Shown here: piece after piece, positions 59,518-64,000 of the stretch
Layout of the letters: the number at the start of each line of letters is the position of its first letter
Position numbering within the stretch: position 1 is the stretch's first letter
NCBI GenBank assembly: GCA_944381245.1
Contig: CALWKK010000001.1
Coordinates: forward strand, 331-64,330
Direction of reading: 5' to 3'
Length of the DNA stretch: 64,000 nt
DNA from: an uncultured Clostridia bacterium
GTDB lineage: Bacteria > Bacillota > Clostridia > Christensenellales > UBA1242
The notes under the pieces: generated by a model
What the model was told of the DNA's origin: nothing
Databases searched by the model: none
Seen by the model: the letters and a program-made list of their open reading frames with translations, nothing else
Position numbers and translations under genes: made by a program

Positions 59518-61031
59518 TAAATTACCTCAATAAATTTTGTAAAAACTTTTTTGAAGCTTTTATTAACTTTCATTGCTTCTTTTATTTCAAAATCTGCATC
59601 TTTATTAACAATAGTTTTAACAATAATTGAATCCCCTAAAATATCACATGACAAATCATCAACTGCTCCACTTTTACTTGCATCTAACGCAGAAGCTAAC
59701 TTAATCAAAACACCAACTTTTTTGACAGCATCAGCGTCTTCTTCCGAAACAATTGATGAATATTTTATCCAATCTGATAAATTAAAGTTATCTAAATCTT
59801 GCAATATACAAGAAAAAGATGCTAATAAAATATCTTTTTGAGAAACTCCGTAAATTTTTGAATTTAGTACAACATCGAAACAATTTCTTATAAAGTTATC
59901 GTAATTTATTCTTTTTCCACAATCATATAAATATCCTGCTATTCTCAATGGTTTTATATAATTTCTTGGTAATTTATGAATAACTTTTAATTGTTTGAAA
60001 ACATTTATACTAAGCTCATAAACTTTTGAGTTATTTGAGTTAATATTTGAGAAAAATGCATTTATATTTTCCAAACTGTATACAAACATTTCACTTAAAG
60101 GTTTATTGCAAATTTCAGGAACAACAGTTGTACTAATATATCCTTCCAGCATAGTTTCAGAACTTATAGTAACGTGATTTATTTTTAAATTTTCAATAAA
60201 CATTTTAGCTAATATTGTTCCAGCAAATATTTTATCAACACTTTCAGAGCTAATCCCCTTTATTTTTTTTGTTTTATCAACGCCAACATTTTCTATCAAA
60301 GAAAAAACTTTATTAAAAGCATCTGATGTTAAAACATAATTATTTTCTAAATTTAATGGATATTTAGTTACAAGACGGGCAATTTTCCCTAAAGCCAACA
60401 TTGTTTGACCACTTGTTAAAACTTCAGTTTCTTCATCAATTAAATCTATAAAATTAATATCGTTAAAATATGATGTAAAAACTTCTCTAATTTCAGCAAT
60501 CTTTGATTCAATGCTTTCATTTTCTTCCAAAATTTTTAAAGCATTATTAATTCCAAAAGGTATAATGTTATAATTAAGAATATTTCTTCTGTTATATTGA
60601 ATAAAGTAACATGAAGTTTCTCCAACATAAAAATAATAACCCTTTTGAACGCTGCTTGAATTAACAGCTCCAATAAAAGTGTTTTTTAATTCATCTTCTT
60701 GAGATAATATATTTAATGAAAATCCACAAGTATTATAAATTTCTTCAGTTATGCTTTTAATGTTTTTTGCATTATTTAGTGAACTTTTTGAAATCATAAA
60801 AACATCAGTAATAGAAGCATTATCACATATGCGTCTATACATTTTTAATATTTTCATTAATTGCTTGATAAGTACAGGCCTTATAATCCCATGTTCTTCT
60901 ATATCATTTATTAAGAGAACATTATCAGAAAAAACATCAATAATGTTATAATATAAATTATTTTTTGTCTCCAATAATGTTAAAGTAATTTCATTATTAT
61001 TTATATATATTATCGCTTTTTTATTCAACAT
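59517..61031 (-). CDS. Ppx/GppA-family plus HD-domain homolog with degenerate catalytic motifs
   Basis: Collinear with about 500-aa Ppx/GppA-HD proteins (ILSQEDELKNTFIGAV; IIPFGINNAL). DxGSNS is YINNNE, DIGGGS is YVGETS, and the HD-domain LHDIG/HHKHS positions read LYDCG/FIRNC. Confidence 0.6.
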   Translation of the reverse strand: MLNKKAIIYINNNEITLTLLETKNNLYYNIIDVFSDNVLLINDIEEHGIIRPVLIKQLMKILKMYRRICDNASITDVFMISKSSLNNAKNIKSITEEIYNTCGFSLNILSQEDELKNTFIGAVNSSSVQKGYYFYVGETSCYFIQYNRRNILNYNIIPFGINNALKILEENESIESKIAEIREVFTSYFNDINFIDLIDEETEVLTSGQTMLALGKIARLVTKYPLNLENNYVLTSDAFNKVFSLIENVGVDKTKKIKGISSESVDKIFAGTILAKMFIENLKINHVTISSETMLEGYISTTVVPEICNKPLSEMFVYSLENINAFFSNINSNNSKVYELSINVFKQLKVIHKLPRNYIKPLRIAGYLYDCGKRINYDNFIRNCFDVVLNSKIYGVSQKDILLASFSCILQDLDNFNLSDWIKYSSIVSEEDADAVKKVGVLIKLASALDASKSGAVDDLSCDILGDSIIVKTIVNKDADFEIKEAMKVNKSFKKVFTKFIEVI

Positions 61032-61042
61032 AATTCCCCTAT

Positions 61043-61213
61043 TTATTCTTTAATTTCTATTGCATTAACTGGACACATACTTTCACAAGAATGACATTTA
61101 ATACATTTTTCATAATTAATTTCAGCTTTCCCATCTTTTCCCCAAGATATAGCATTAACAGGACAAATATTTATACAAGTCCCACAAGCAATACATTTGT
61201 TTTTATTAACCAT
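61043..61213 (-). CDS. 2x[4Fe-4S] ferredoxin, 56 aa
   Basis: Below the track's size cutoff. Manual translation is MVNKNKCIACGTCINICPVNAISWGKDGKAEINYEKCIKCHSCESMCPVNAIEIKE, with two CxxCxxCxxxCP motifs. GAGGAA RBS lies 6 nt upstream. Confidence 0.85.
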   Translation of the reverse strand: MVNKNKCIACGTCINICPVNAISWGKDGKAEINYEKCIKCHSCESMCPVNAIEIKE

Positions 61214-61219
61214 AAAAAT

Positions 61220-61239
61220 TTCCTCACTTTCTTGAGGAA
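61220..61239 (-). promoter_or_regulatory. 5'-UTR hairpin that pairs the ferredoxin Shine-Dalgarno sequence
   Basis: ttcctca-ctttct-tgaggaa: 7-bp stem and 6-nt loop. On the mRNA the 3' arm UGAGGAA is the RBS and is followed by AUUUUUAUG. Confidence 0.35.
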
Positions 61240-61282
61240 TTTTATCATAATAAAAAAAAATTGTAAAGCAAATATTAAATTA

Positions 61283-61651
61283 TTAATTTTTTTGTGTAAA
61301 TAAACAGCAAATTTCATAAACTGCAATTAAAATTAGATAAGACCCGAATAACATTTTTAAAACATTGCTATCAATTAAGTTTGCCAAAAAAGCAAATCCA
61401 ATAGAAGCACAAATTCCAGGAATAACAATCCAAAAAATTCCTTTCATTTCCACCATATGATTTTTAAAATGAATTATCAAAGCAATTAAAGCCATGGGTA
61501 AAAAAGCTAATAAATTAATGCCTTGAGCCACTTTTTGCTCTATAGATAAAAAAATTGTCAACAAAGGGATCAGCAAAGTTCCTCCTCCCATACCCATTCC
61601 ACCAACAATTCCTCCAATTATACCAAATAAAATAAGTAAAAAAATTTGCAT
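61283..61651 (-). CDS. TauE/SafE (DUF81) family half-size 4-TM protein, downstream half
   Basis: GIVGGMGMGGGTLLIPLL signature and 4 TM helices. Has its own AGGGG RBS and ATG. Confidence 0.75.
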   Translation of the reverse strand: MQIFLLILFGIIGGIVGGMGMGGGTLLIPLLTIFLSIEQKVAQGINLLAFLPMALIALIIHFKNHMVEMKGIFWIVIPGICASIGFAFLANLIDSNVLKMLFGSYLILIAVYEICCLFTQKN

Positions 61652-61661
61652 AGTAACCCCT

Positions 61662-62024
61662 TTAAATTAACATTTTAATTCCGGCAGCTAAAACAATGAC
61701 AGTAAAAATAATTCTAACTATTTTTGCATTTAGTTTTTGTAACAAGAAAGCACCAATTATTCCACCTAAAACAAAACCAGATCCAACAAAGCCAAACAAC
61801 TGCCAATCTATAGAAATTTTAAAAAGATAAACTATTAAAGAAAATATAGCAATAGGGAACATAACTGCTAAAGCAGTTGAATGAGATTTTTTATTGTCAA
61901 TTTTTAAAATTTTTTCTAAAAGCGGAACACAAATCATTCCTCCTCCCCCACCAAAAAATCCATTAGCGAAGCCTATTAATAATCCACTTAAAATTAAAAT
62001 AATTTTGCTTTTAATTTTTTTCAT
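61662..62024 (-). CDS. TauE/SafE (DUF81) family half-size 4-TM protein, upstream half
   Basis: GFANGFFGGGGGMICVPLL signature and 4 TM helices. Clean TAA stop 10 nt before the next ATG. Confidence 0.75.
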   Translation of the reverse strand: MKKIKSKIILILSGLLIGFANGFFGGGGGMICVPLLEKILKIDNKKSHSTALAVMFPIAIFSLIVYLFKISIDWQLFGFVGSGFVLGGIIGAFLLQKLNAKIVRIIFTVIVLAAGIKMLI

Positions 62025-62127
62025 AAATATATTATTTTTTATTTTTTAAAATTTATTTAATTTGCTTTGATTTTTTTTGTAATATTTGTATACTAACATG
62101 TGAAAAATATTTAAAAGGAATTAGAAA

Positions 62128-64000
62128 ATGATTTTTAAAAAATATAAATTAATTGGAATTGTTTTAATGATTATTTTAATGTTTTTTTCAATTCCAGCAT
62201 TAAGTTTAATTGAAAAAGTATATGCTGAAGAAAAATTAACAATAGAAACATTAATTAAGAACTATGGAAATTCAACTTCGAATAGTCAAGAAATAACAAA
62301 TTCTTTAACATCTTTTGCAACCGATTTTGGCGATTCAAAAGGATATGCAACAAAAGAAGGTTGGACAACCCCATCATACACCGGAGCAACATTAGCTGAT
62401 TCAAATCCTGGAGATTTTACAAGTGAAACAATATTTAACTATGATGGCAATAATGTATCATTAAGTTCTATAGGTACAGATGGGACAGAAAACAACAAAT
62501 TTGCTTTATTAATCAATTTAAGCGATGAAGGAATAACAGGCATTGAAAGCCCTGACATCACAATACCAGCCAAAAGTTATTATGTATTAACTTTTAATGT
62601 AAAAATAGCAGAACTTTCTGGAACGAAGATAGGTATAAATGCAAAAATAATAAATAAAAGCACTGATGAAATAACTTCAATGACATCAATAACTTCAGAA
62701 ACAGAAGATTATAAAACATATGCATTTTTAATACAAGGAAATGAGAATATATCAACAAATATTAGATTACAAATTTTATTTGGAAATGCTGCAGAAAACG
62801 CAACTGGCGACGCAACAGTTTCAAAACAGAAAGGTTATGGAGCTATTGATACAATAAGATTATTTGGGGTTACAAGATCACAATTTGAGGATTTAGAAGA
62901 AGATAAAAGTGCAAAAACCGTAATTTTAACAAGTTATAATTCAAGTTATGAAAATATTTTAAACGGATTTTTTAATATAACAGATAATAATAATTGGGAT
63001 ATAAATAATATAACAAAACTTTCAGATTTAAAACCACTTTATTGGGAAAAAACAGGAACAAGTAACACCGATTTTGGAATAATAAACACAAATGAAACTT
63101 TATTTAATGAACATTTAACAAAACTTGGGATAACAGCAATTAATCCAGGCAATCCTGACGGAAGAGAAACATCAACGAACTACAATAATATATTAATGTT
63201 AAGTAATAAAGAAGCAGGAAAACAATCAATAAAAAGTTCAACAATAACATTAGAAAAAAATTCTTTATATTTATTAACCTTTAAATTCAACACCCCTGCT
63301 AATACAGAACAAACAAATAAGTTAAGTTTTTATATATTAAATAGTGCAAATAAAGAAATATATAAACAAGAAAATATAGTTTCATATGACGAATATAATG
63401 GAACGAATAATGAATGGAAAACATACCGAGTTATAATAAAAACAAATTCAGAAAGTGAACAAAAAATTAATTTTGTAATTTCTTTTGGGACTGATGAAAA
63501 CAATTCAACTGGATACGCATATGTTGATGAAATACAATTAAGCAAAAGAACAACAAATGACTATATATTTGAAAATACAGAAGAAAACAAATATATATTA
63601 AAAACAGAAGAAGGAGAAGAAACAAGGTATTTAGCTGTTGGCGACGTAAGTTTAGATGATATAAAACAATTAGACACAACAAAAGAGATTAACAACGAGA
63701 TAACTTATTATGAGTTTGTATTAAATACAACCAACGAAGATAACGGAACATCAAACGATGAAACAAACACAAATAATAACAATGGAAGTCTAGCATGGTA
63801 TATAATCCCATCAGTATTATTTGGAGTAGCATTAATATTAGGAGTAATATTGTATTATGCTAGAAAAATAAAAATAAAATTACCACAAAAGAAAGAGAAA
63901 AACGAGTATGACCGAAAACAAACTTTAGAAAAACAAATTAAAGAAAAAGAAATAATAAAAAAGAAAGAAGAAAAAAATAAAAAAATAGAAAAAGAAATTA
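62128..64000 (+). CDS. Large type-I membrane/surface protein with two CBM-like jelly-roll modules; 3' end beyond window
   Basis: Absent from the track because there is no stop in the window. Manual translation from the ATG at 62128 (AAGGAA RBS) is stop-free to 64000. It contains a signal peptide (..VYA-EE), two modules ending GYGAIDTIRLFGV and GYAYVDEIQLSKR, an N/T-rich linker, a TM helix (WYIIPSVLFGVALILGVILYY) and a K/E-rich tail. Confidence 0.8.
   Translation, partial: MIFKKYKLIGIVLMIILMFFSIPALSLIEKVYAEEKLTIETLIKNYGNSTSNSQEITNSLTSFATDFGDSKGYATKEGWTTPSYTGATLADSNPGDFTSETIFNYDGNNVSLSSIGTDGTENNKFALLINLSDEGITGIESPDITIPAKSYYVLTFNVKIAELSGTKIGINAKIINKSTDEITSMTSITSETEDYKTYAFLIQGNENISTNIRLQILFGNAAENATGDATVSKQKGYGAIDTIRLFGVTRSQFEDLEEDKSAKTVILTSYNSSYENILNGFFNITDNNNWDINNITKLSDLKPLYWEKTGTSNTDFGIINTNETLFNEHLTKLGITAINPGNPDGRETSTNYNNILMLSNKEAGKQSIKSSTITLEKNSLYLLTFKFNTPANTEQTNKLSFYILNSANKEIYKQENIVSYDEYNGTNNEWKTYRVIIKTNSESEQKINFVISFGTDENNSTGYAYVDEIQLSKRTTNDYIFENTEENKYILKTEEGEETRYLAVGDVSLDDIKQLDTTKEINNEITYYEFVLNTTNEDNGTSNDETNTNNNNGSLAWYIIPSVLFGVALILGVILYYARKIKIKLPQKKEKNEYDRKQTLEKQIKEKEIIKKKEEKNKKIEKEI

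Noticed and set aside
61091-61303. 70-aa plus-strand ORF
   Set aside because: It overlaps, in antisense, the much better supported 56-aa ferredoxin (two CxxCxxCxxxCP motifs and a good RBS) and the TauE-half gene end.
61652-61661. TauE split as a frameshift or nonsense pseudogene
   Set aside because: The junction has a clean TAA, an AGGGG RBS and an ATG that starts exactly at a TM helix carrying the family signature. This favours two functional genes, and it is kept as a finding rather than called a pseudogene.
1-64000. Scan for CRISPR arrays, transposases, integrases, prophage or known defence-system genes
   Set aside because: No regularly spaced direct repeats, no long non-coding stretch (the largest gap is about 240 nt), and no protein with recombinase, transposase, nuclease-helicase or other defence hallmarks was recognised.

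Overview
This is a gene-dense (over 90% coding), visibly very AT-rich bacterial chromosomal window using the standard genetic code (TGA acts as a stop). It most resembles a low-GC Bacillota with a compact genome. Nearly everything is core housekeeping. That includes translation and tRNA modification (tsaD, trmD, rbgA, dusB, tcdA, lepA, gltX, alaS, tyrS, an ABC-F ATPase), glycolysis and central metabolism (pgk, tpiA, ppdK, pta), and DNA functions (ParC/GyrA-like subunit, topA, dprA, recX, rarA, HU). It also includes proteostasis (hslVU), cell wall genes (class A PBP, DD-carboxypeptidase, MurJ/SpoVB-like flippase) and sporulation-heritage genes (ytfJ, ytfI-like, ylbJ, CotJC-like). I found two tRNAs (Thr-CGU, Val-GAC). 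Four coding regions are absent from the supplied ORF track: two edge-truncated genes (a topoisomerase subunit at 1-2116 and a large surface protein from 62128) and two small ORFs (a 56-aa 2x[4Fe-4S] ferredoxin and a 30-aa peptide). I saw no CRISPR array, integrase, transposase, prophage or recognisable defence system. The best candidate for something undescribed is a translationally coupled minus-strand operon at 57329-61213. It encodes a ferredoxin, a Ppx/GppA+HD homolog, an HtrA-like lipoprotein protease and an MreB homolog, and both ASKHA-fold proteins have lost their canonical nucleotide- or metal-binding motifs. Secondary items are a serine-palmitoyltransferase-like alpha-oxoamine synthase, a naturally split TauE/SafE transporter, a stand-alone GlmU acetyltransferase domain, a short AlaRS with a Cys cluster, an AT-extreme 476-aa orphan with an upstream micro-ORF, and a tandem CBM-like surface protein. 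All calls rest on motif recognition by eye; no searches were run.
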